DNA of 56,262 nt from Clostridiaceae bacterium (GCA_012730015.1 JAAYBT010000221.1:1-56262); one strand, 5' to 3'. Shown: positions 37,970 through 48,925, counted from the first letter of the stretch. Made by a program: numbers and translations. The notes: a model not told the origin generated them from the sequence alone.

Positions 37970-37985
37970 AAATTGTGAACAATTT
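37970..37985. promoter_or_regulatory. Palindrome AAATTGT-GA-ACAATTT (operator candidate)
   Basis: Perfect 7-2-7 inverted repeat in the promoter region of the ABC operon. Confidence 0.35.
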
Positions 37986-38017
37986 GTAAAAAGATACTTT
38001 AATAATTCATTGTAACC

Positions 38018-38050
38018 AAAAAAGCCCCAAATCGAGACTTTTCGGGCTTC
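38018..38050 (-). terminator. Rho-independent terminator after the P-type ATPase gene
   Basis: The minus strand reads GAAGCCCGA-N-TCGATTTGGGGCTTTTTTGG. Confidence 0.75.
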
Positions 38051-38139
38051 ACTTATTATATAGTTTTTTGCTGTCCATTTCAAGCACTAATTGAAAGCCT
38101 TCAATCTTACTCTCCTTGATGCTCGCACCGGTAGAGTTC

Positions 38140-40821
38140 TTATTCCCCACTTCCCTTAAAGCTGGCAAGGACGGGGGCAAGGAATGATAAGCCTGCCGTA
38201 ATGAGCCATTCTTTTGTGCCAAGGGGAACGGTTTTGAAAATATTCTGAAGCGGCGGGATATATACTACGCAAAGAGTCATAAGGAGCGAACAGAGCACAG
38301 CCAGTACAAGATAGATATTATTTAGAAGAGGAATTCTGAAAATGCTTCTTCTCTCGGATTTACATTCAAACACATGAATCAGCTGTGTTAGCACAAGCGT
38401 TACAAAGGCACTCGTTCTGGCTAAACCAATATCAGCGGTGAAGTAAAGAACGCTCATGTATACAGTCAGCGTCGTCAGACCGATAAGAATGCCACGGAAT
38501 AAAATGGTTCCTGCAAGACCTTGAGAAAAAATGCTTTCGTCAGGTTTCCTCGGCGCCCTCTTCATTACGTCCTTCTCCGGAGGATCAAAGCCAAGCGCCA
38601 CGGCGGGCAAGCCATCTGTAACAAGGTTGATCCAAAGAATTTGTATGGGAAGCAGCGGCACCGGAAGCCCAGCCAGCATGCCGAGGAACATTGTCATTAC
38701 CTCCCCCAGATTGCAGGCAAGCATGTAGCGGATAAACTTTCGAATGTTATTGTATATGACTCTGCCTTCTTCAATTGCGGCGATAATGGTGGCGAAATTG
38801 TCATCGAGCAGCACCATTGATGAGGCTTCTCTCGTCACATCAGTGCCCGCCAGCCCCATTGCAATGCCTATATCGGCTTCCTTAACGGCCGGAGCATCAT
38901 TAACACCATCCCCTGTCATGGCCACAATGTTTCCTGCTCTTTTGAGAGCTCTTACAATCATAAGCTTGTGCTTTGGCGAGACTCTGGCATAAACACTCAC
39001 TTCAGGTACTGCCTCTTCAAGGCTTTTTTCATCCATCTGATCCAACTGAGCACCTGTCAGCACTTTGTCGCCCTGCGTGTATATATCCAGCTCTTTAGCA
39101 ATGGCAACTGCCGTCAGCTTGTGATCTCCTGTGATCATTACGGGTTTAATTCCCGCAAGACGGCATCTTAGAACAGCTTCAGCAGTCTCCGGCCTCGGTG
39201 GATCAAGCATCCCCATAAGGCCAACAAATATCAGCCCGGACTCCAATCCATCTTTGTTATAAGCAAGTGAATCGAGCTCCTTATATGCAAGGGCAATTAC
39301 CCGCAAAGCATCCTCGGCCATTGCATCATTGGCTTTTGTTATTTTTGCCTTCAATTCCGATGATAAAGCCGTGATGCCTTTTGATTGATACGCACAAGTG
39401 CATTTTTTTAGAAGCATATCCGGTGCACCTTTTGTAAATACAAAGGTCGCATTCCTTTTGTTGCTGCATACAACAGACATGCATTTCCTATCCGAGTCAA
39501 AGGGTATTTCATCTATTCTATAATACAGGGAGGCAAGCACATCCGGAGTAAGGCTCGCTCTCACCGATGCACTCATCAATGCGCCTTCCGTTGGATCGCC
39601 GATAAAGTTCCATTTCTGCTCACCCTGCTTCCGCTTCTCACTGACGAGTCCGGCATTGTTGCATACTGCCGCAATTTCAAGCGCAAGCCTCAATGCGCTG
39701 TCCTTCAGCGGTTCGATGGGTCTGCCGCCTGAAAAGAAGAAACGGCCAGACCTTTGGGTATCTTTAAGCTCCACCAGGCGGTTGCCGGCAAATATCCTTC
39801 TAACTGTCATTTTATTCTGAGTCAGTGTTCCTGTTTTGTCGGAGCAAACTACACCGGCACAGCCCAGCGTTTCAACAGCAGGGAGTTTTCTTATAAGCAC
39901 ATTTCTTTTGAGCATTCGCTGAACACCAAGCGCCAGCGAAATAGTGACAAGAGCGGGCAATCCTTCCGGCACCGCAGCAACGGCGAGGCTTATTCCCGAA
40001 AGCAGCATTGAGAATGCCTCCTCGCCCCTCAGAACGCCTACGGCTGCTACAATTGCACATATAATAAGGCATCCGGCCGCTATTACTTTCCCAAGCTTTG
40101 ATAACCTTTTTTGGAGCGGAGTCTCCTCTTCCTCGATGTTTTGAATCATGCCGGCGATGCCACCCATTTCTGTGTTCATCCCCGTAGCTGTTACGAGCAC
40201 CCTGGCCCTGCCGCTCGTTACACAGGTGCCCATAAAGACCCTGTTTCTTTTATCTTCGCAGCCCTGCTCAACCCCCTGGTATACTGCGAACTTGTCAACA
40301 GGCAACGACTCCCCTGTGAGTAGAGACTCATCCACCTGAACGCTCGCACTTTCGAGCACGACCCCATCAGCAGCTATGCGGTCTCCCGATTCCAACACAA
40401 TTACATCACCGGGAACAATCTGCTGGGCTGGAATGCTAACCTGTCTCCCGCTGCGCATAACCTTCGCGGCAGGAGCCGTCAGCCTTTTGAGCGCTTCCAT
40501 AGTTTTTTCCGTCCGGAATTCCTGAACAAATCCTAATATAGAGTTCAGCACTATAATCGTAATGATTGTAACCGCCTCTGTTATTTCGCCCATAAAGGCA
40601 GAGATCGCCGTTGAAACCATCAGTATTATCACCATTATATCTGTAAACTGGCTCAACAGCAGCCTTAGCGGAGAATTCTTCTTCTTTTCGGCCAAAAGAT
40701 TAGGGCCATACTCAAGTAGCTTCTTCTTTGCTTCCTTTTCACTTAAGCCGTCATGAATACCACTATCCACGACGTCATGCACCTTTTTCACGAAAGTATT
40801 TTGTCTTCTCAAACAGGACAC
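38140..40821 (-). CDS. Calcium-translocating P-type ATPase (P2 type)
   Basis: Contains CSDKTGTLT (phosphorylation site), TGES, PEGLP, TGDGVNDAPA and 10 TM segments. The exact start is uncertain: GTG 40821 is adjacent to the SD-like GGGG, and TTG 40812 is possible. Confidence 0.9.
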   Translation of the reverse strand: MSCLRRQNTFVKKVHDVVDSGIHDGLSEKEAKKKLLEYGPNLLAEKKKNSPLRLLLSQFTDIMVIILMVSTAISAFMGEITEAVTIITIIVLNSILGFVQEFRTEKTMEALKRLTAPAAKVMRSGRQVSIPAQQIVPGDVIVLESGDRIAADGVVLESASVQVDESLLTGESLPVDKFAVYQGVEQGCEDKRNRVFMGTCVTSGRARVLVTATGMNTEMGGIAGMIQNIEEEETPLQKRLSKLGKVIAAGCLIICAIVAAVGVLRGEEAFSMLLSGISLAVAAVPEGLPALVTISLALGVQRMLKRNVLIRKLPAVETLGCAGVVCSDKTGTLTQNKMTVRRIFAGNRLVELKDTQRSGRFFFSGGRPIEPLKDSALRLALEIAAVCNNAGLVSEKRKQGEQKWNFIGDPTEGALMSASVRASLTPDVLASLYYRIDEIPFDSDRKCMSVVCSNKRNATFVFTKGAPDMLLKKCTCAYQSKGITALSSELKAKITKANDAMAEDALRVIALAYKELDSLAYNKDGLESGLIFVGLMGMLDPPRPETAEAVLRCRLAGIKPVMITGDHKLTAVAIAKELDIYTQGDKVLTGAQLDQMDEKSLEEAVPEVSVYARVSPKHKLMIVRALKRAGNIVAMTGDGVNDAPAVKEADIGIAMGLAGTDVTREASSMVLLDDNFATIIAAIEEGRVIYNNIRKFIRYMLACNLGEVMTMFLGMLAGLPVPLLPIQILWINLVTDGLPAVALGFDPPEKDVMKRAPRKPDESIFSQGLAGTILFRGILIGLTTLTVYMSVLYFTADIGLARTSAFVTLVLTQLIHVFECKSERRSIFRIPLLNNIYLVLAVLCSLLMTLCVVYIPPLQNIFKTVPLGTKEWLITAGLSFLAPVLASFKGSGE

Positions 40822-40852
40822 CCCTTTGTCGTAGGTCTATGTCCTATTTTTA

Positions 40853-40883
40853 TTCAAAAGCAGCATGGTTTAGACCATGCTGC
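40853..40883 (-). terminator. Rho-independent terminator after mgtC
   Basis: The minus strand reads GCAGCATGGT-CTAA-ACCATGCTGC followed by TTTTGAAT. Confidence 0.8.
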
Positions 40884-40886
40884 CCC

Positions 40887-40923
40887 TGCTTTCAATGAGT
40901 GCTTGCGCGAATTGTATGTCAAA
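40887..40923. repeat. ~37-nt intergenic repeat, copy 2 (family B)
   Basis: TGCTTTCAATGAGTGCTTGCGCGAATTGTATGTCAAA lies between the mgtC stop codon and its terminator. Confidence 0.7.
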
Positions 40924-40933
40924 GTGCCATCCT

Positions 40934-41596
40934 CTACTCCTCGGACACCTTCTGGACTCCATCAAGGGCTTGAATATCACTGAGGATCTTCATATCGACA
41001 GTGCTGCCCGGCATTTTAACCATGAGTTTAATCCTCTGCTCGCCTTCCTTACTCTTGTACAGCTCTACACTTCTCAAATCGATTTTGTATTGCTCCATCA
41101 GACTGCATACAGCACTAACCTGGCCGGAGTTACTGTCTGTTTCCACTATAAACGTTCTATACCTGTTTCTCTTCGTTATACGTTTTTCTGCGCTCTTGAG
41201 GCTAATGAGTATGAGATAAATAAAAATAGTGGCTATGACTGCACCAATGTAGAAGCCGGACCCCACCGCAATGCCAACACAGGAAACAGCCCATAAGCTC
41301 GCAGCTGTTGTTAGGCCTCGCACATTAAAGCCATCACGGATAATCGTACCGGCACCGAGAAATCCTATGCCGCTGACAACCTGAGCACCCAATCGTGTAG
41401 GATCAATATTTGTCAATCCGGTATACCTATTGAAAATGAACTCGGAAGTAATCATAACAAGAGCAGACCCGACACACACAAGGATATGGGTTCTAAATCC
41501 GGCCGGTCTGTTTGTATTCTCCCTTTCATAACCGATTAGCCCTCCAAGTCCCACAGAGAGCAATAGCCTTAGTGCAACTTCAACTGTAAAAGGCAT
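40934..41596 (-). CDS. mgtC: MgtC/SapB family membrane protein
   Basis: 220 aa with an N-terminal 4-5 TM MgtC domain (GGLIGYERE, GIGFLGAGTI) and a soluble ACT-like C-terminal domain. Confidence 0.88.
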   Translation of the reverse strand: MPFTVEVALRLLLSVGLGGLIGYERENTNRPAGFRTHILVCVGSALVMITSEFIFNRYTGLTNIDPTRLGAQVVSGIGFLGAGTIIRDGFNVRGLTTAASLWAVSCVGIAVGSGFYIGAVIATIFIYLILISLKSAEKRITKRNRYRTFIVETDSNSGQVSAVCSLMEQYKIDLRSVELYKSKEGEQRIKLMVKMPGSTVDMKILSDIQALDGVQKVSEE

Positions 41597-41636
41597 AATA
41601 TTACCTCAATCAAAAAATTTTCAGATACTCCAAGCT

Positions 41637-42167
41637 TCATTCCGCACTGGAATTGTCTGCTAAAAAAACCTTCCTGGGTATATAAGTCTTAAAACTCTTA
41701 AGCATTCTTTCACTAGGTTCAAATATAACGACTGTCTTCTCACCATTGTAATTCAGCGTTATAAAATAAGCATCCGGCGAATCGATGGATCCTGATGCAT
41801 CAATCCTGTTTTTTATTTCCTGCACGGACTGACTAAAGCTGTTGCTCTTCACCGGGGACACTATATCAAATTCCTTGCAGCTTGCGCTGAAAATCCTCTT
41901 TCTCTTGCTTCTGGAAATAATTTTATCAATATCCAGATCTCCGTTAGTAACAATATATTCATATTCCAGATTTCTAGAAGAAATTAATCTGTAACCAATA
42001 TAAATAATAAGTGCTGCTAATAGTAAGCCAATACCCAGCTGCTGTAATACCTGAATGGACATAACGAGCAGCACCAGTACTATAACGCCCAGCACGATCC
42101 CCACTGTAATCAGAGTATCAACTGTAGTTCTTTTCTTCGTCACCAGCTTTTCCATATAGTTATCCAT
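41637..42167 (-). CDS. Hypothetical 2-TM membrane protein
   Basis: 176 aa with two adjacent TM helices (residues ~18-60) followed by a soluble domain. I recognise no motif. Confidence 0.5.
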   Translation of the reverse strand: MDNYMEKLVTKKRTTVDTLITVGIVLGVIVLVLLVMSIQVLQQLGIGLLLAALIIYIGYRLISSRNLEYEYIVTNGDLDIDKIISRSKRKRIFSASCKEFDIVSPVKSNSFSQSVQEIKNRIDASGSIDSPDAYFITLNYNGEKTVVIFEPSERMLKSFKTYIPRKVFLADNSSAE

Positions 42168-42273
42168 AAAAAAATCCTCCCAATAAATAAAAACAAAAAA
42201 TACATAAATCCTGTGGTATAGATTTTACCATACTTGTATGCGATAAACAATAATGCGGAAAGTACAATATTCA

Positions 42274-43119
42274 CTAGGTGCCGCCAACAACATCTATTAC
42301 TGCAAGCTCCGGTGGGTTGAAAACCCGTGGTATGAAAAGAGGATTCGAAGTACCCCGGCTTACTATGTGCGTTAATGCACCGTGCTTGTAGCGTCCCCCC
42401 GCATATCGTGGAAACCAGCCCTGATCAGGGGCATAAAAGCCGTTCACAAATAAGGGAATTCTTATTTGGCCTCCATGGGAATGTCCTGAAACCACCAGAT
42501 CAAAATCAAATTTCTTATATTCATCAATCAACTCAGGGCGATGGGCCAAAAGAACCTTAAATCCGCTTTCGCTGCGTAGGGGCAAAAATGCGTCCTCCAT
42601 TTCACCTGCCCAATCATAGGAAAATTCTTTAAATAGCCTGATATCAGGGTCCTCCACACCTGCAAAAACAATGTTAATATCGTCGACCTTCAAGTGATCG
42701 TACTCATTTTCCAGAACCCTTACACCATACTCCCGAAATTCATCTTTTGTCTGCTCAATGCTATATAGCCAAAACTCATGATTGCCGGTGACGTAGTATA
42801 CGGGTGAAATCTCTCTTATCCCTTCCAGCAGCAATCGCACACCTGTTAAGGGTTTCTTGTCATCGGCGATATCACCGACAAGTAAAATCGCATCAGGCTC
42901 CTGTTTCCTTATCAGCGAAACAAGCTCACTTTGATCGTCTCCATAAATATGGCTGTGCAAATCAGCGATTAAAACAAGCCGAAAAGATTCGCCCGAATTC
43001 AACTTGTCCGTTTTTACAGTGTATCTTCTTACTACAAGACCATTAAAGAAAGCGGCAAAGGTAATCAAAATCAGAAGACCTGCACAGACCAGCACAATGA
43101 CTTTTTTTCTTTTTTTCAC
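42274..43119 (-). CDS. Membrane-anchored metallophosphoesterase (YkuE-like)
   Basis: Calcineurin-like motifs DLH, GDIAD, GNHE and GHSHGGQ. The start is moved to GTG 43119, 6 nt after GGGGA, which removes the overlap with the upstream gene. Confidence 0.85.
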   Translation of the reverse strand: MKKRKKVIVLVCAGLLILITFAAFFNGLVVRRYTVKTDKLNSGESFRLVLIADLHSHIYGDDQSELVSLIRKQEPDAILLVGDIADDKKPLTGVRLLLEGIREISPVYYVTGNHEFWLYSIEQTKDEFREYGVRVLENEYDHLKVDDINIVFAGVEDPDIRLFKEFSYDWAGEMEDAFLPLRSESGFKVLLAHRPELIDEYKKFDFDLVVSGHSHGGQIRIPLFVNGFYAPDQGWFPRYAGGRYKHGALTHIVSRGTSNPLFIPRVFNPPELAVIDVVGGT

Positions 43120-43142
43120 TATAATCCCCTTAGTTAATTCAA

Positions 43143-43568
43143 TCACTTGTTTATAAGGACTAACCCAAAAATACATAATGCGGCGCCCAGTATTTTATTC
43201 AGCCCAAAGCCCTCTTTGAAAAACAATACACCAATTGGTATGAGTATAACAGCAAGAATAATGTTCGCGACCAAAGAGCCTACGCTTATGTTCCAGCCTG
43301 CTCTATATGCCATCAGATAACCAAGCTCCAACCCCACTATTGAAACGCCCAGTGCTATACTAGTCCAATTCAAGTCCTTAATTGATTCAAGAAATCCCTT
43401 GTCTGATTTATAGAAAAATGATGCAATCAAAGTCAAGATTGCCGCGGTCAAATACGTAATCAGCAGCGTGTAGAAAGGGTTCACCTTCTGTGGTGTAGAT
43501 TTTTGCGATAGATTATACAAAATGTTAGATCCCACAATAAGTATTATGGAGAATACATACATAAACAT
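43143..43568 (-). CDS. Small EamA/DMT-like membrane protein
   Basis: 141 aa, single EamA-like repeat with 4-5 TM segments. Confidence 0.6.
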   Translation of the reverse strand: MFMYVFSIILIVGSNILYNLSQKSTPQKVNPFYTLLITYLTAAILTLIASFFYKSDKGFLESIKDLNWTSIALGVSIVGLELGYLMAYRAGWNISVGSLVANIILAVILIPIGVLFFKEGFGLNKILGAALCIFGLVLINK

Positions 43569-43588
43569 AGATGGCCTTCCTTTTCACA

Positions 43589-43645
43589 GTGACACAGGGA
43601 TGGCACAACAAAAACGCCTCCTGTGTCATCACCCCCTGTGTCATG
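43589..43645 (-). repeat. REP-like palindromic repeat (TGACACAGGG family), intergenic copy
   Basis: GTGACACAGGGA-N16-CCTCCTGTGTCA-TCAC-CCCCTGTGTCATG: a hairpin plus an extra half-site, 21 nt upstream of the DMT start codon. Confidence 0.7.
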
Positions 43646-43661
43646 TTTCTCCATGTGCTTA

Positions 43662-43694
43662 AACGGCATAGCCGCTTATTGCAACTATGCCGTT
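43662..43694 (-). terminator. 10-bp hairpin after groEL (terminator or 3' stabiliser; weak U-tract)
   Basis: The minus strand reads AACGGCATAG-N13-CTATGCCGTT followed by TAAGC. Confidence 0.4.
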
Positions 43695-43740
43695 CTAATG
43701 CGAATTTCTTTATAGCTAAAACTATTGTACTTCTTACTTC

Positions 43741-45387
<1,647 letters not shown>

Positions 45388-45438
45388 TTATTTGCATTCA
45401 TATTAAATCTCAATCAAAATCACAAAGCCACAGCGAAC

Positions 45439-45784
<346 letters not shown>

Positions 45785-45795
45785 TCACATTAATA

Positions 45796-45824
45796 ATATA
45801 ATATATTATCCAATTTGTAATCAA
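45796..45824 (-). promoter_or_regulatory. Candidate sigma-A promoter of groESL (TTGATT-17-TTATAT)
   Basis: It lies directly upstream of CIRCE on the minus strand. Confidence 0.5.
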
Positions 45825-45914
45825 ATATGCGTTTTAGGCAAATTGTGCTGTTTTAGGCAGATTATCACCGTTTATCTGGCTGTTTTATGAAATTCCATTG
45901 ATTTTCGGCAAGCC

Positions 45915-46676
45915 TTACTTCCTCTTGCCTAATTCTGCAAAAATATCATCGAGGGTTAGGCTCCTTTCAGCTAAGAGCACCATGATATGATATAGCAAAT
46001 CAGCTATTTCCGAGCTTATCTCTTCTCTGTCACCATTTTTCGAAGCAATCACAACCTCGCAAGCCTCTTCACCAATTTTCTTGAGGATCTTATCTAATCC
46101 CTTTGTGAAAAGATAATTGGTGTAGGAGCCTTCCTTCGGGTGTACCCTCCTGTCAGAGATAATATCAAATACCTCTCCAAGTACTTCAGCACCGACAACC
46201 TGCTCAGGCTCCATGACACAGGGAGACGTTTCAATGACACAGGGGAGCGTTTCCCTTGTATCACTATCCTCAGTGTCTTGTGACACAAGGGAAGCGTCCC
46301 CCTGTGTCATATCCTCCTGCGCCACCGTATTGGCGCCAGTCCTCAGCTCGTCAGCTTCCAGCCTGGTAAAAAAGCAGGACCTGTGGCCGGTGTGGCAAGC
46401 GGCACCAGTCTGCTCTACCTTGAGAAGCAGCGTATCACTGTCGCAGTCAATACTGATAGATCTTACCTTTTGAATGTGTCCCGAGGTCTCTCCCTTTAGC
46501 CATAGCTTCTGACGACTCCTGCTGAAATAATGGGCCTTCCCGGTTTCGATGGTCTTTTTTAGAGATTCCTCATTCATATATGCCAGCATCAGTACTTCAT
46601 CAGTTCTGATATCCTGGGTGACGGCCGGTATCAAGCCATCTGCATTGTACTTTACTATTTCAAGTATGTTTGGCAT
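45915..46676 (-). CDS. hisI: Bifunctional phosphoribosyl-AMP cyclohydrolase / phosphoribosyl-ATP pyrophosphatase, with an expanded inter-domain linker
   Basis: The HisI domain (..[34 protein letters not shown]) and the HisE domain (SYTNYLF..GEEACEV..ADLLYH) are separated by a linker of about 55 aa that contains a palindromic repeat (46214-46311). Confidence 0.93.
   Translation of the reverse strand: MPNILEIVKYNADGLIPAVTQDIRTDEVLMLAYMNEESLKKTIETGKAHYFSRSRQKLWLKGETSGHIQKVRSISIDCDSDTLLLKVEQTGAACHTGHRSCFFTRLEADELRTGANTVAQEDMTQGDASLVSQDTEDSDTRETLPCVIETSPCVMEPEQVVGAEVLGEVFDIISDRRVHPKEGSYTNYLFTKGLDKILKKIGEEACEVVIASKNGDREEISSEIADLLYHIMVLLAERSLTLDDIFAELGKRK
46214..46311 (-). repeat. REP-like palindromic repeat (TGACACAGGG family) inserted in-frame within hisIE
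   Basis: The 30-nt arms 46236-46265 and 46281-46310 are complementary at 26 of 30 positions around a 15-nt loop. An extra partial unit lies at 46214-46234. The element translates as [35 protein letters not shown]. Confidence 0.8.
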
Positions 46677-46677
46677 T

Positions 46678-47442
46678 TTATATCCTCACTTCAATTCCAT
46701 TATCTTTCAAATACGTCTTCAATTCGCTTATCTCAATTTGTCGGAAGTGGAAGAGGGACGCCGCAAGAACCGCATCAGCCTTCCCGACGGTCAGTGCATC
46801 ATAAAAATGCTCCATGGCACCTGCTCCCCCCGAAGCTACAACAGGTATCTTCACGCTTTCAGATACAGCCCTTGTCAATTCAAGGTCATAGCCATTTTTT
46901 GTACCATCACAGTCCATGCTTGTAAGGAGTATTTCCCCTGCACCCAGCTTTTCTGTCTCCACTGCCCATTCTATAGCGTCTATTCCCGTGTTGGTATTCC
47001 CACCATTAATATAAACATCCCAACCGCTTCCATCAGCTCGCTTTTTCGCGTCTATGGCAGCCACTACACAGCCGCTCCCAAATCGCTGTGCCGCCTCTGA
47101 TATCAGCTCGGGTCTTTTTATAGCTGCAGAGTTAACTGAAACCTTATCCGCCCCTGCCTCCAATATTTTACCGAAATCATCGACGGTTCTTACTCCTCCT
47201 CCGACGGTAAAGGGTATTGAAACCTGGCTGGCTACACTCTTCAGCACATCAACCATAATATTACGCTCATCGGTGGTCGCCGTAATATCAAGAAAGACCA
47301 ATTCATCCGCACCCGCTTTATCATAAAAAGCCGCTATCTCGGCCGGGTCACCGGCATCCTTAAAATTAACGAAGTTCACACCCTTGACTACTCTCCCTCC
47401 CCGAATATCCAGACAGGGAATAATTCTTTTTAGCTTCTTCAT
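46678..47442 (-). CDS. hisF: Imidazole glycerol phosphate synthase, cyclase subunit
   Basis: 254 aa, (beta/alpha)8 HisF pattern: [19 protein letters not shown] and SGGAG. Confidence 0.96.
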   Translation of the reverse strand: MKKLKRIIPCLDIRGGRVVKGVNFVNFKDAGDPAEIAAFYDKAGADELVFLDITATTDERNIMVDVLKSVASQVSIPFTVGGGVRTVDDFGKILEAGADKVSVNSAAIKRPELISEAAQRFGSGCVVAAIDAKKRADGSGWDVYINGGNTNTGIDAIEWAVETEKLGAGEILLTSMDCDGTKNGYDLELTRAVSESVKIPVVASGGAGAMEHFYDALTVGKADAVLAASLFHFRQIEISELKTYLKDNGIEVRI

Positions 47443-47510
47443 GCACTCACCTCTTCACGCAAATCAGCATTTCAATAGCAGTACTACGGTGAATACTGCT
47501 CCAAAGCATT

Positions 47511-48224
47511 CTATTTAGCTGCCGCTATCGCTTCACGAAGGTCAATATCGCCTGTATAAAGCGCCCTGCCAACGATAGCTCCACCAACGCCTATGTTTTT
47601 CAAATTCTTTATGTCCTCAAGGCTTGTTACGCCGCCGGAAGCTATTACCTCTATGTCAACAGCCTTCACCATTTCCTCCATGGCCTTGAGATTTGGGCCT
47701 TTGAGCATTCCATCCCGGGAAATATCAGTGTAGATTATCACCTTGGCACCGATATCCTCCATCTTTTTCGCAAAGCCCAGCGCGGTAAAGGAGCTTGTTT
47801 TTGCCCATCCTTCGATGGCCACCATTCCGTCCCGGGCGTCTATGGCAATGGCAAGATTCATGCCAAAGCTTTGAACGGCCTTCTTAACCAGCTCCTGGCT
47901 GTTCACAGCAGAGGTTCCAAGAATAATCCTCTCAATCCCTTTACAAAGGACAATCTCCATAGTTTCAATTGTACGGATACCACCACCCAATTGGATGGGT
48001 ATTCCCACTGTTACAGCCATTTCACTTATAACCGCTATGTTCTGCGGCTCTCCGAGTCTGGCACCATCCAGATCGATTACATGCAAGTATTCCGCTCCCA
48101 GCTGATCAAACTTCTTTGCCATCTCCACAGGATAATCGGAATAGACGGTCTCATCATTAAACTTTCCCTGGCTTAGCCTGACACACCTGCCGTCCTTCAC
48201 ATCAATTGCGGGATAAATAATCAT
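47511..48224 (-). CDS. hisA: ProFAR isomerase (1-(5-phosphoribosyl)-5-[(5-phosphoribosylamino)methylideneamino]imidazole-4-carboxamide isomerase)
   Basis: Contains IIYPAIDVKDGRCVRL and GGGIRT. The start is moved to ATG 48224, behind the SD AAAGGAGTG. Confidence 0.94.
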   Translation of the reverse strand: MIIYPAIDVKDGRCVRLSQGKFNDETVYSDYPVEMAKKFDQLGAEYLHVIDLDGARLGEPQNIAVISEMAVTVGIPIQLGGGIRTIETMEIVLCKGIERIILGTSAVNSQELVKKAVQSFGMNLAIAIDARDGMVAIEGWAKTSSFTALGFAKKMEDIGAKVIIYTDISRDGMLKGPNLKAMEEMVKAVDIEVIASGGVTSLEDIKNLKNIGVGGAIVGRALYTGDIDLREAIAAAK

Positions 48225-48272
48225 TTCCTTCACTCCTTTATTCCAACCGATTCCCGGTTATCTTTCGTTTGC

Positions 48273-48860
48273 CTAAAGCATACCCTTGGTTGACAAAACT
48301 CCCTTGATTCTTTCATCGCTGCGGGTTGCCTCATCAAGCGCCCTGCCGAATGCTTTGAACACTGCTTCGGCAATGTGGTGATTATTGCTTCCGTACATCA
48401 CATTAATATGTACATTCATACCAGCATTTACTGATACAGCCCTGAAAAACTCCTCCACAAGCTCCGTATCCATATCCCCTACCCGCTCATTAGTGTATTG
48501 GACGTTGAAAACCAAATAGGGGCGCCCTCCAAGATCCACACAAACCATAGCAAGAGCCTCATCCATCGGTACATAAGCTGTTCCGTATCTTCTTATGGAT
48601 TTTTTGTCACCCAGAGCCTGCTTTATAGCCTGCCCAAGCACTATGCCTATATCCTCTACCGTGTGATGAGCATCCACCTGGAGGTCTCCCCTAGCCTTTA
48701 TCTCCAAATCGAGTAATCCATGCTTTGAAAACAGCGTTAGCATGTGATCCAGGAAGCCAACACCCGAGTCGATAAGGGAGTTACCTTCGCCATCGATATT
48801 CAGCTTCATCGTAATGTCGGTTTCAGCCGTTTTCCTGCTCAATTCAGCACTTCTGGACAT
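48273..48860 (-). CDS. hisB: Imidazoleglycerol-phosphate dehydratase
   Basis: 195 aa, monofunctional IGPD with [11 protein letters not shown] and [17 protein letters not shown]. Confidence 0.96.
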   Translation of the reverse strand: MSRSAELSRKTAETDITMKLNIDGEGNSLIDSGVGFLDHMLTLFSKHGLLDLEIKARGDLQVDAHHTVEDIGIVLGQAIKQALGDKKSIRRYGTAYVPMDEALAMVCVDLGGRPYLVFNVQYTNERVGDMDTELVEEFFRAVSVNAGMNVHINVMYGSNNHHIAEAVFKAFGRALDEATRSDERIKGVLSTKGML

Positions 48861-48925
48861 ATTGCACCTCCGTGTATTATTGATCCTGGTAATTGCTTTT
48901 TATTTAGTACTAATTACCACCCGTA

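Noticed and set aside
45829-45894. GTTTTAG-containing direct repeats that superficially resemble the start of CRISPR repeats
   Set aside because: There are only three imperfect 16-17-nt units with irregular 2- and 15-nt gaps, no spacer-like unique segments of 25-40 nt, and no cas genes. This is not a CRISPR array; it is kept as a possible regulatory repeat.
46094-46288. A 64-aa alternative-frame minus-strand ORF and an 86-aa plus-strand ORF (46213..46473) overlapping the hisIE linker
   Set aside because: Both are by-products of the palindromic repeat, which is open in several frames because of its symmetry. They have no independent RBS, and the hisIE frame is continuous across the region.
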